DNA of 64,000 nucleotides from a virus (taxonomy: Duplodnaviria; Caudoviricetes), in IMG/VR virus record IMGVR_UViG_3300029305_001452, positions 75,973 to 139,972 of that record; one strand, written 5' to 3'. Position 1 is the stretch's first letter. Every line of letters begins with the position of its first letter. Shown one piece after another: positions 1-7,737 of the stretch. The notes below the pieces were generated by a model. That model did no database searches and was not told the DNA's origin. It worked only from the letters and a program-made list of their open reading frames with translations. The position numbers and the translations under genes were made by a program.

Positions 1-104
1 TAAAGAGAAGCGTGGATATTTTGAGATCGAAGAACCGGAATGTGTAAAACATTTTGTGAATTTTGCAATTGGGTAAAGTAAAATTTTAAACGGAGGATTT
101 AAAA

Positions 105-542
105 ATGGATAAAGTAATGGAATTGCTAGAGCAGTTGGCGAACAGTTTAGGCGTAGCGGTCGAATATTTGTGGACAACATTGGTAAAGCAACAGTATGTA
201 GAAGGTGTAACAAATCTTACAATGGCTGCTATTGGAATTATTGCAACAATTGCACTGTTGATTTGCGTTCCTAGAGCTACAAAGTTCTTCATCAATCAAC
301 ATAAAGAGTTGGCAGAAGACAGAAGAAAAAATGGAACTGGATGGCATGGGAGTTATAGTGTGTCTAGTATGAGAGAAGATTTTTGTAATTCTATGAAGTT
401 TGTAGTTCCAATTGTTGGTTTTGTGGTTATTTTTGTTATTATTATTTGCGTTGTAAGCAATGTTAAATTTGGAATCCAGCAGTTACTTAACCCAGATTAC
501 TTTGCACTTAAAGAAGTGTTAGACACAATTAGTGGTTCGTAA
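105..542 (+). CDS. Hypothetical membrane protein
   Basis: ORF with GGAGG RBS and two hydrophobic segments. Confidence 0.75.
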   Translation: MDKVMELLEQLANSLGVAVEYLWTTLVKQQYVEGVTNLTMAAIGIIATIALLICVPRATKFFINQHKELAEDRRKNGTGWHGSYSVSSMREDFCNSMKFVVPIVGFVVIFVIIICVVSNVKFGIQQLLNPDYFALKEVLDTISGS

Positions 543-579
543 AGTAACGATTAAAAGTAAAGTTTTAAGTGGTGATTAT

Positions 580-876
580 ATGAGCTATTATTGTACAAAA
601 GAAATGAAAGCTTGCGAGTTTGCAAATGTATACGGGCATTGCAATGTAACAGCTTGTACAAAAATCAATAGAAATAATATGCAGTTTCTAGACACTTCTA
701 TATCTTACAACAAAACTTTTGAAGAAGAACTAGAAGAAAAAAGAAAAGTTGCGATTGCAGAGGGATATTTGGAAGGTTTGGGTGTAAAAATTAAAACGGA
801 TATGTATGGATATTATAGAAATACATGGGATATTCTACTGGATTTAGGAGAATATCTTTCTAAGAATAACACATAA
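580..876 (+). CDS. Hypothetical protein, Cys-rich N-terminus
   Basis: ATG at 580 after GGTGA RBS; the ORF track start at 532 overlaps the upstream gene. Confidence 0.65.
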   Translation: MSYYCTKEMKACEFANVYGHCNVTACTKINRNNMQFLDTSISYNKTFEEELEEKRKVAIAEGYLEGLGVKIKTDMYGYYRNTWDILLDLGEYLSKNNT

Positions 877-894
877 AAGCAGAGTTTTAAGGGG

Positions 895-1188
895 TTGTAT
901 GATATGAAGAATAAATTAATTGTATTATTAACAATATTTATTTTGATATTTTCATTGGTTGGATGTGCAACAACATATCAAGAAGCAACTGGTAAAAATG
1001 ATGAAGAAGATTTTTGTAATGGATACTTCACAGTTATTACTAAGTGGGATGATGATGCTGGGACATATAGAATTGTGTATGCAAATGATACAAAAGTAAA
1101 GTATATAACAATTAGTAGTGGATATAAATTTGGTATTAGTCCACTCTATAATACAGATGGAACATTACAAATTTATTATGGCGAATAA
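895..1188 (+). CDS. Putative lipoprotein
   Basis: Signal peptide ending in lipobox-like LVGC; true start may be ATG 904. Confidence 0.7.
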   Translation: MYDMKNKLIVLLTIFILIFSLVGCATTYQEATGKNDEEDFCNGYFTVITKWDDDAGTYRIVYANDTKVKYITISSGYKFGISPLYNTDGTLQIYYGE

Positions 1189-1220
1189 GCATATAAAAGA
1201 AGATTTTTAAGAGGTAACTT

Positions 1221-1595
1221 ATGAGTGTTCGTATTGATGGAAGATATTATTATTCTCCGTGTGATGAATGTAAGACTGAATGGTGCTTTTCGTGCACGCT
1301 GTCAAAGTATAAAGAAGATTTACGAAAAGAACAAGAAAGAAGAGCCTTTGCTGAATCTCGTATTGAAAGAGAACTAGAACCTCGCCTTAAAGCAGAATAT
1401 AGTGCATATGATCGTTATGTTTTAACTGATCGTTCTTTAGAATGGTGTGATACGTTTGATTGCCGTGTAAACGAATTGGTTGAAATGTTTGAGGAAGATT
1501 TTGATTGGTCTCAGTTCGATTTTGACGGTGATGATATTACCAGTAAAGTCGCAAAACTAATATATGAAACAGTAAAGGATGAAAATAATGATTAA
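1221..1595 (+). CDS. Hypothetical protein with N-terminal Cys cluster
   Basis: GAGGT RBS; CxxC...CxxC. Confidence 0.7.
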   Translation: MSVRIDGRYYYSPCDECKTEWCFSCTLSKYKEDLRKEQERRAFAESRIERELEPRLKAEYSAYDRYVLTDRSLEWCDTFDCRVNELVEMFEEDFDWSQFDFDGDDITSKVAKLIYETVKDENND

Positions 1596-1911
1596 TTCAA
1601 TTATAGAACATATCTACGAGGCATATAGAGAGGCTATACGCCTTGGCATCGAGGTCAATACAGTAGCCATTAATGATAGGTTGTATTATACTAAGTTGTC
1701 CAGTGATTGTGGTGATATTCCTATGGTATGTGGTCTAAAATGTGTATATACCAACGAACTCCCAGATGATACTATGTTTGCGGTATTTAAGGCTGATCGT
1801 ACAGTACGAACTAAAGATGAAATGATTGCAGACTTGCAAGATAGAAACAGAGAGCTTGTAAATGAGCTTAATAGAGTTTATGAAATTATCGGAAATATGA
1901 TAGATGGGTGA
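1579..1911 (+). CDS. Hypothetical protein
   Basis: Coupled ORF in a + strand run. Confidence 0.65.
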   Translation: MKIMINSIIEHIYEAYREAIRLGIEVNTVAINDRLYYTKLSSDCGDIPMVCGLKCVYTNELPDDTMFAVFKADRTVRTKDEMIADLQDRNRELVNELNRVYEIIGNMIDG

Positions 1912-2240
1912 TATATATGGCACGGTGCTATCAAAATTGTAAACATAATTGGTGTAATGTGGTTTGTAGAAAGTACGATGAATCCATATTAACTTCTCGC
2001 CATCCTTTACATTACGGTTTACTTCTTCATCCACTTGAATATTTGTCCATATATTATGATTATAGAAAGAAAGATATTCAACACCTAATTGACATTGTAG
2101 ATAAATTTTCAGATGATGATGCTTCAAAAAACATTGTCAAGAAGTATAAACAAAATGGCTATATTTCTTTTAAGCAAAGAAAGTTATTGATATATAGGTT
2201 ATTAAATTGTTGTTATGAGGGCAAAGAACATGGATGGTAA
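1908..2240 (+). CDS. Hypothetical protein
   Basis: Coupled ORF. Confidence 0.6.
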   Translation: MIYMARCYQNCKHNWCNVVCRKYDESILTSRHPLHYGLLLHPLEYLSIYYDYRKKDIQHLIDIVDKFSDDDASKNIVKKYKQNGYISFKQRKLLIYRLLNCCYEGKEHGW

Positions 2241-2355
2241 GATTAATAAATTAATTGAAATTATTGAGTTTATTGTTGATGTTGATCATGGAATCAAACA
2301 AGAACATGCCAATATGATTTATAAAATGCTAAATGAATTAAAGGAGTATGACTAA
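2230..2355 (+). CDS. Small hypothetical protein (41 aa, MDGKINKLIE...)
   Basis: Read by hand; fills the gap and overlaps both neighbours. Confidence 0.5.
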   Translation: MDGKINKLIEIIEFIVDVDHGIKQEHANMIYKMLNELKEYD

Positions 2356-2750
2356 TGGGACTTGACAATGGCTTAGTATGTTATAACATTAAAAGAGAAG
2401 ATATCCCATTTTGGGTAAAACTACCGTTGGATTGGAATGAAAATTTTAATAATTTTAAATTAATATACTTTCGTAAACATTGGGGTATTCGTGGCGAAAT
2501 CTTAGCAAAGTTGCATTGTGCAGATAATAATGATAGTCGTACGCCTATTGATGCCGAAGATATTATTCCTATTGTAAAAATCCTTATGAAATATCTAGAT
2601 AAGGAATATTACGAATATAATGCAGATTCTATTTGGGAATATAATGAAGCATATGATAATATTCAGCAGAGTATTATTAACTTAATGTGGCTAAAAATAC
2701 ATATGGAATCAAATCCTAATGTAAAGTGCTATTTTTACGATTCTTGGTGA
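2355..2750 (+). CDS. Conserved phage protein (MGLD...YYDSW type)
   Basis: MGLD N-terminus, YFRK motif and YFYDSW C-terminus recur in phage hypothetical proteins; AGGAG RBS. Confidence 0.75.
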   Translation: MGLDNGLVCYNIKREDIPFWVKLPLDWNENFNNFKLIYFRKHWGIRGEILAKLHCADNNDSRTPIDAEDIIPIVKILMKYLDKEYYEYNADSIWEYNEAYDNIQQSIINLMWLKIHMESNPNVKCYFYDSW

Positions 2751-2759
2751 GGTGATTAT

Positions 2760-3005
2760 ATGAATCGGCACATTTTTGAGGTTAATGCAGTTCAACGTCT
2801 CGGAGATCAAATTGGATATGGACATCTTATGTGGTTGGCCTCTGCTTTATGGCGTAGAAAGCTTGTAAAGGACTGGGGAGAAGGTCACGAAAAGGGAGCG
2901 TTCTTGCCAACGGTTAGTGTTTTGTTAAATGAAGAGGGATTGGATATTTTTCAGCAGCAAATTGGTATTTATGATGAAATTGTTGCAGATGTGTTAGATA
3001 AGTGA
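2760..3005 (+). CDS. Hypothetical protein
   Basis: GAGGTG RBS. Confidence 0.7.
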   Translation: MNRHIFEVNAVQRLGDQIGYGHLMWLASALWRRKLVKDWGEGHEKGAFLPTVSVLLNEEGLDIFQQQIGIYDEIVADVLDK

Positions 3006-3022
3006 AGTTTTAAGAGGTAAAT

Positions 3023-3334
3023 ATGTTTATTAGCAAAGATGAATATTATGATCTTCTTGATTGTAAAGAAATTAATACAAAGCTAGAAGAAGAAATCAAA
3101 AGATTAGAATATATGTTAAACACAAGAGATAAGAGTTGTAAGGTTGGTCCATGGTGTAAAAATTGTGGTCATTGGGTTGAAGATGAATCTGTAATTACAA
3201 GTAGCATTATTAATGAATATACCTTAGAAGACGCATATTATGGAGTACCGATTCCAAAGAAAATTGGTGGTAAAGTAGGATATTGTAATAAATATATTCA
3301 TACTTTATGCCCTGATTTTACATTAAAAGTTTAG
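3023..3334 (+). CDS. Hypothetical protein
   Basis: GAGGT RBS. Confidence 0.7.
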   Translation: MFISKDEYYDLLDCKEINTKLEEEIKRLEYMLNTRDKSCKVGPWCKNCGHWVEDESVITSSIINEYTLEDAYYGVPIPKKIGGKVGYCNKYIHTLCPDFTLKV

Positions 3335-3342
3335 TTTTAGAG

Positions 3343-3891
3343 GTGAAAATAGTGGCTGATGTTAACGTAGAAATGTTAAAGGAGAAGCTTTATAAGGTTG
3401 CTAGTGCATTGTTTCGTATTAGTGAAACTTGTGTAGAAGTGAGTAAACAGCACATAAGTGAAAAAGATGCTTTAAATAAGATCCGTGGATATTTAAATGA
3501 TTCCGATATGTGGTCTAAGTTGAAAGTAGATAAACTAATTGGCGAGTGTATGGAGCCACAGATTTATAATACTTTTGAAGAGTATCAAGATGAATGGTTA
3601 AAAAAATCTTTGGGTAAATGGGTTGGACTAGAACCTCTGGAAATTAATTACCCAGATTGTTGTGATGAATGTTCAAACAACCCTAAGAACGGTGGTTCTG
3701 GAATTTGTAATTGCACATTGCCGTATATGCAGAACCCTACTATGTATAGCAACGGAGATTCTTGTATGGCAAATAATATTAACGGCAATGTTTATTTTGT
3801 AAAAGATTTAGATACTCTGAAAGAACATAAAGCAAGTTCTGATAGAATTGCAGAAGCCGTTGAGAGAACTAAGAAATATGAGAGGAAATAA
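3343..3891 (+). CDS. Hypothetical protein with Cys motif (CxxCSNNPKNGGSGICNC)
   Basis: ORF in the operon. Confidence 0.65.
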   Translation: MKIVADVNVEMLKEKLYKVASALFRISETCVEVSKQHISEKDALNKIRGYLNDSDMWSKLKVDKLIGECMEPQIYNTFEEYQDEWLKKSLGKWVGLEPLEINYPDCCDECSNNPKNGGSGICNCTLPYMQNPTMYSNGDSCMANNINGNVYFVKDLDTLKEHKASSDRIAEAVERTKKYERK

Positions 3892-3893
3892 CT

Positions 3894-4148
3894 ATGATTA
3901 ACACTTGTGTATATTGTGGAGACATTATTCCAAAAGGAATGGAAACATGTCCTATATGCTTTAATCGTGGAGTAGTATGTCCTAAGTGTGGCGATACATT
4001 GGAAGTTATGGATACTTCTAATTGTATCATCGATGATAAACTTACTTTATGTACCCTATATCATTGTAATAGCTGCCATTTAGATTGGGAACGAGAAGCT
4101 AATTATATTGGCGAGCCTGTAAAGTTTACTAGAAAGTTTTGGGGATAA
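3894..4148 (+). CDS. Double zinc-ribbon protein
   Basis: Four CxxC pairs. Confidence 0.7.
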   Translation: MINTCVYCGDIIPKGMETCPICFNRGVVCPKCGDTLEVMDTSNCIIDDKLTLCTLYHCNSCHLDWEREANYIGEPVKFTRKFWG

Positions 4149-4160
4149 GGAGGTGTAGGT

Positions 4161-4946
4161 ATGCCTAAGTTATTTTGTGTATCTGATATACACGGATTTT
4201 ATGACGAAACGAAAACGGCACTTGATAATGCCGGATTTGACCCAAATAATGAAGATCATTGGCTTATTGTGTGTGGTGATGTATGGGATCGTGGTAGTCA
4301 GCCAGTAGAAATTATGAGATATTTACAGAGTTTGCCTAGAAAGGTACTTGTAAAGGGTAATCACGAAAGTTTGTTGCAAGATTTGTGTGATAGAGGATAT
4401 CCAGGCTCTCATGACTATTCTAACGGCACTTTTGATACAGTATGTGAGTTTGGTAATGCAGCAGAGGGCAATAGCTTTGACGAGTGTTGTCTAATTGCAT
4501 ATCAAAGAACCAAGAATTTTATCGATGGTATGGTAAATTATTTTGAAACCAAGAATTATATCTTTGTACATGGTTGGATTCCGGTGGTAAGTAAGGACGG
4601 GCTACCTATGTATTATAGGAATAACAGAAAGTTTGAGTTCTATCCTAGTTGGCGTTATGCTCATGCTGGTGAGTGGGATCAGGCTAGATGGTTAAATGGC
4701 ATGGATATGGCTAGAAAAGGCTTTGTAGAGCCCGGGAAGACTATTGTGTGTGGGCACTGGCATTGTAGCTATGGACATATGCTGGATTCTATTAAGACAG
4801 ATAATTGGATTGAGGAGTTTGGAGAAACTGCTATTTGGGAGCCATATTATGCCGATGGCGTGATTGCTATTGACAGATGCACTGCTTATACTGGAAGGGT
4901 CAATGTTCTTGTTTTAGAAGACGATTTTCTTGAAAATACCCCTTGA
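4161..4946 (+). CDS. Calcineurin-like metallophosphoesterase
   Basis: Motifs SDIHG, GDVWDRG, GNHE, HG, GHWH. Confidence 0.9.
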   Translation: MPKLFCVSDIHGFYDETKTALDNAGFDPNNEDHWLIVCGDVWDRGSQPVEIMRYLQSLPRKVLVKGNHESLLQDLCDRGYPGSHDYSNGTFDTVCEFGNAAEGNSFDECCLIAYQRTKNFIDGMVNYFETKNYIFVHGWIPVVSKDGLPMYYRNNRKFEFYPSWRYAHAGEWDQARWLNGMDMARKGFVEPGKTIVCGHWHCSYGHMLDSIKTDNWIEEFGETAIWEPYYADGVIAIDRCTAYTGRVNVLVLEDDFLENTP

Positions 4947-4971
4947 CAAAATAGAAATAATATGCTATAAT
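4943..4971 (+). promoter_or_regulatory. SigmaA promoter with extended -10
   Basis: TTGACA-N17-TATAAT with TG. Confidence 0.85.
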
Positions 4972-5018
4972 ACCCACAGTTCAAAAAGAACACAACAAAA
5001 TTAATTAAGGAGTTAATT

Positions 5019-5345
5019 ATGAGTAGGAACTATTTCGCAATCGAGTGTAATCAGCAGTATTGGGAACATGTAGTACTCAAGGACAAAGATGGCAACGTTA
5101 AGTTCGAGGATTATCTGAATAAGACTTATAATGAAATGAAGTCCAGTGAGGATCTTGAAGAGTTTGTAGTTGCTATTATGAATGCTGCAAATGGCGATGA
5201 AAACAACAATGCTATTATTACCCTTGTTGGCGAAGATGGTGTTTTTATTTGGGGAATCATCATTGGCCCCGGAGAAGAAGATAGCGTTAGATATGTACTT
5301 GTAGATTGGAAAAAAGATGGCAAGAATTATCGATATGAATCTTGA
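5019..5345 (+). CDS. Hypothetical protein
   Basis: AAGGAG RBS downstream of the promoter. Confidence 0.75.
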   Translation: MSRNYFAIECNQQYWEHVVLKDKDGNVKFEDYLNKTYNEMKSSEDLEEFVVAIMNAANGDENNNAIITLVGEDGVFIWGIIIGPGEEDSVRYVLVDWKKDGKNYRYES

Positions 5346-5350
5346 GGGGC

Positions 5351-5379
5351 TTGACAAATTGAAAAAAGTATGATATAAT
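5351..5379 (+). promoter_or_regulatory. SigmaA promoter
   Basis: TTGACA-N17-TATAAT with TG. Confidence 0.85.
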
Positions 5380-5757
5380 ATGCACATAATAAACGATACA
5401 AAATTAATGAAAGGAACAAAAAAGATGATTAAGTATTTCGTGAATAAGGATGAGCGGAAGGTCGTTGCTGTACTAGAAAACACCAGATGGGATGCTTTTA
5501 ATAAGATCTGTAAGATGACCAGAGACACTGACTTCTGTGTTGTACCTAAGGACAAGTACATGATGCACAATGCATATCGAGCCGTAGTTACATGTGATGA
5601 GAGAGATGAGTTCAATGAAGAGGTCGGCAAGAGATATGCAAGAGAACGTGTACTGGAGCATTATTATGCAGCGCTTGATAAGCGTGTAGATGAGTTTAGA
5701 GCTTCTGTTTTGGTGATGAATGGCAAGGTTTTTGAGACACCTGAAATTGTTGAATAA
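5380..5757 (+). CDS. Hypothetical phage protein (true start probably at MIKYF)
   Basis: ORF; the track start overlaps the promoter. Confidence 0.7.
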   Translation: MHIINDTKLMKGTKKMIKYFVNKDERKVVAVLENTRWDAFNKICKMTRDTDFCVVPKDKYMMHNAYRAVVTCDERDEFNEEVGKRYARERVLEHYYAALDKRVDEFRASVLVMNGKVFETPEIVE

Positions 5758-5762
5758 GGTAC

Positions 5763-5791
5763 TTGACAAATCAAAAGTTTTGTGATATAAT
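5763..5791 (+). promoter_or_regulatory. SigmaA promoter of the tRNA array
   Basis: TTGACA-N17-TATAAT with TG. Confidence 0.85.
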
Positions 5792-5876
5792 CCTAACAGT
5801 TCAAAATTAATGGAAAGCAACATTGTTTGAGGGTTGCTGAAGTCGGCAAGTGAGGTTCTGTGTTGACAAATAATTT

Positions 5877-5971
5877 CCACGTATAGCTCAATTGGTAGAG
5901 CGACGGATTTATGCTCCGTTTGGCACCAGATTAGTGCGAGGTTCTGGGTTCGACTCCTAGTACGTGGACCA
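5877..5971 (+). tRNA. tRNA-Ile(UAU) with long variable arm
   Basis: Acceptor CCACGTA/TACGTGG; anticodon arm ACGGA-TTTATGC-TCCGT; variable hairpin GCAC...GTGC; TTCGA; ACCA. Confidence 0.8.
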
Positions 5972-5974
5972 AAT

Positions 5975-6051
5975 GGTTCCATAGTTCAGTTGGTTAGAAC
6001 CCCCGGCTCATAACCGGGTTGTCCTCTGTTCGAGTCAGAGTGGAACCACCA
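5975..6051 (+). tRNA. tRNA(CAU), Ile2/lysidine type or Met
   Basis: Cloverleaf; CCCGG-CTCATAA-CCGGG resembles Bacillota Ile2. Confidence 0.85.
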
Positions 6052-6056
6052 AATAT

Positions 6057-6132
6057 GATCCGTTAGCTCAGTTGGTAGAGCACCAGACTTTTAATCTGGG
6101 TGTCTTGGGTTCAAATCCCAAACGGGTCACCA
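6057..6132 (+). tRNA. tRNA-Lys(UUU)
   Basis: CCAGA-CTTTTAA-TCTGG; CCA end. Confidence 0.95.
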
Positions 6133-6138
6133 TGATAT

Positions 6139-6214
6139 GCCTCCTTAGCTCAGTTGGTAGAGCAACGGACTGTTAATCCGTGTGTCGCAGGTTCGAGACC
6201 TGCAGGAGGCGCCA
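6139..6214 (+). tRNA. tRNA-Asn(GUU)
   Basis: ACGGA-CTGTTAA-TCCGT; GCCA end. Confidence 0.95.
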
Positions 6215-6290
6215 ACTCCGTTCGATTAATCGGAAAAGTCAACATCGTCCGAAGATGTAGAAATCGGATCATAACCGATACGGAGTTCCA
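6215..6290 (+). tRNA. Atypical tRNA-like RNA, anticodon CCG (Arg?)
   Basis: 76 nt; ACTCCGT/ACGGAGT acceptor; ACATC-GTCCGAA-GATGT; ATCGG-ATCATAA-CCGAT; TCCA end; non-consensus loops. Confidence 0.6.
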
Positions 6291-6452
6291 GTTAAGTTAG
6301 TTATCTGCGCAGATATGACACCTCCCAGGTTATGGCGGCTGACCTTATTTAAAAAATAAAAGCCACTCAATAGACGGTGATAATGCTTGCTAGCGGCAAA
6401 ACAACCGTCTAACATATCTTCCAGTAGCTCAGTTGAATAGAGCAACGGTCTT

Positions 6453-7070
6453 TGAAGTAAAAGGAGCTTTCTATGTGGAATATTCAAAAGATTGTGAGCA
6501 AAGGTGATTATAATTACGCTGTTGTACCAGAACATCCAAATCGTACAAAAAATAACTATGTTTTGGAACATAGAGTCGTAATGGAAAATTACCTTGGTAG
6601 ACTTTTGAATAATGATGAGGTTGTGCATCATATAAACGGCAATAAAAAAGATAACAGAATTGAAAATTTAGAGGTATTTTCTAACGAAGAACATGCAAAA
6701 CTACATGGTGCTAGAGTTGGTCATAAAATGGTAATGCTAAAATGTCCTTGGTGTCAGAAAGTATTTTCAATTGAAAAAAGACAATCTTTTTTAGATAAGC
6801 ATAATAAATATCAATGCAACTGCTGTTCTAATGAATGTCGTGGTAAATTATATAGCAGCATACAACATCATGGATTAACCGTAGATTTGCAGGAAGCTAT
6901 ATCGGAAAATCTCTTAGCGGAATATATTGAATATATTGACGAAGACAATTCCGAGGAAACCCTCTCACAATGGGGATCCGTAGAGACTATACGCTTCCCA
7001 TCTGAAATGATGATGATATAGTCCAGACTACAACATATAAATTATGGCTATGGAAACATAGAGTAGTAAG
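6453..7070 (+). mobile_element. Group I intron in the tRNA-Arg anticodon
   Basis: Follows an exon U and ends in G; core elements GTAGAGACTATA (R) and GATATAGTCC (S) form P7. Confidence 0.88.
6473..7021 (+). CDS. Intron-encoded HNH homing endonuclease
   Basis: EHRVVME...VHHINGNKKDNRIENL motif plus Zn finger; AAGGAG RBS. Confidence 0.9.
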   Translation: MWNIQKIVSKGDYNYAVVPEHPNRTKNNYVLEHRVVMENYLGRLLNNDEVVHHINGNKKDNRIENLEVFSNEEHAKLHGARVGHKMVMLKCPWCQKVFSIEKRQSFLDKHNKYQCNCCSNECRGKLYSSIQHHGLTVDLQEAISENLLAEYIEYIDEDNSEETLSQWGSVETIRFPSEMMMI

Positions 7071-7116
7071 CTAAACCGTAGGTCACAGGTTTGAGTCCTG
7101 TCTGGAAGACCAATAT

Positions 7117-7194
7117 GGCCCAGTAGACAAGTTGGATACAGTCACCAGCCTTTCACGCTGGAATTCGAGGGTTCAAATCCCTCCTGGGTCACCA
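7117..7194 (+). tRNA. tRNA-Glu(UUC)
   Basis: CCAGC-CTTTCAC-GCTGG; CCA end. Confidence 0.92.
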
Positions 7195-7199
7195 AATAT

Positions 7200-7276
7200 G
7201 GCTCCGTAGTTCAGATGGTTAGAATGCCAGCCTGTCACGCTGGAGGTCGTCGGTTCGAAACCGATCGGAGTCGCCA
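7200..7276 (+). tRNA. tRNA-Asp(GUC)
   Basis: CCAGC-CTGTCAC-GCTGG; GCCA end. Confidence 0.95.
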
Positions 7277-7293
7277 AGTAAGTGATACTTAAA

Positions 7294-7384
7294 TACTGCC
7301 TCAAAGGATTAGCCTTTCAGGAGACGGTGCCTGCACCGACTCTGTTTACTGGTGTAGATGCCGAAGTACAAGGTGCAGTAGCCA
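7294..7384 (+). ncRNA. Cloverleaf-like RNA with GCCA end
   Basis: TACTGC/GCAGTA closing stem around three hairpins. Confidence 0.45.
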
Positions 7385-7394
7385 GCAATAATAT

Positions 7395-7470
7395 GCGGTA
7401 GTAGTTCAATTGGTGGAGCCCCAGATTTCCAATCTGGCTGCTGCGAGTTCGAGTCTCGTCTACCGCTCCA
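7395..7470 (+). tRNA. tRNA-Gly(UCC)
   Basis: CCAGA-TTTCCAA-TCTGG; TCCA end. Confidence 0.92.
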
Positions 7471-7647
7471 GTAGAGAGAGTCTACTTAAAAGGTCAGCAA
7501 CAAGATTGTCTGACGCAACGTTGAAACAAATAGTCCGGGCCAACTTCGGTTATTTGTGGAGTTCATTGAGGGTTTGATGCCATCCACAAGTTGGCTAGAC
7601 AAAAGTCGAAAGAAAAGCATCAGTCTACGAAACGGAGGATATTGCCT

Positions 7648-7695
7648 ATGATTGAATGCGTAAAATCCAGCAAGGAGGAAACTCCTCCAGCATAG
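7648..7695 (+). CDS. Putative 15-aa micropeptide MIECVKSSKEETPPA
   Basis: GGAGG RBS; paralog at 10864. Confidence 0.4.
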   Translation: MIECVKSSKEETPPA

Positions 7696-7737
7696 TAGCG
7701 GGTTTCGCCGTTCCCACCAAAAACGGCGAGTTAATAT

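Larger units (their letters stand above)
6418..7112 (+). tRNA. tRNA-Arg(UCU) interrupted by a group I intron (exons 6418-6452 and 7071-7112)
   Basis: Joined exons give ACGGT-CTT|CTAA-ACCGT, acceptor CTTCCAG/CTGGAAG and ACCA. Confidence 0.88.

Noticed and set aside
6445-7079. Reading the intron-split tRNA as an amber suppressor (CT|CTA-AA)
   Set aside because: That register breaks the ACGGT/ACCGT stem. The Arg(UCU) junction gives a perfect stem and 7-nt loop and matches Bacillota tRNA-Arg.
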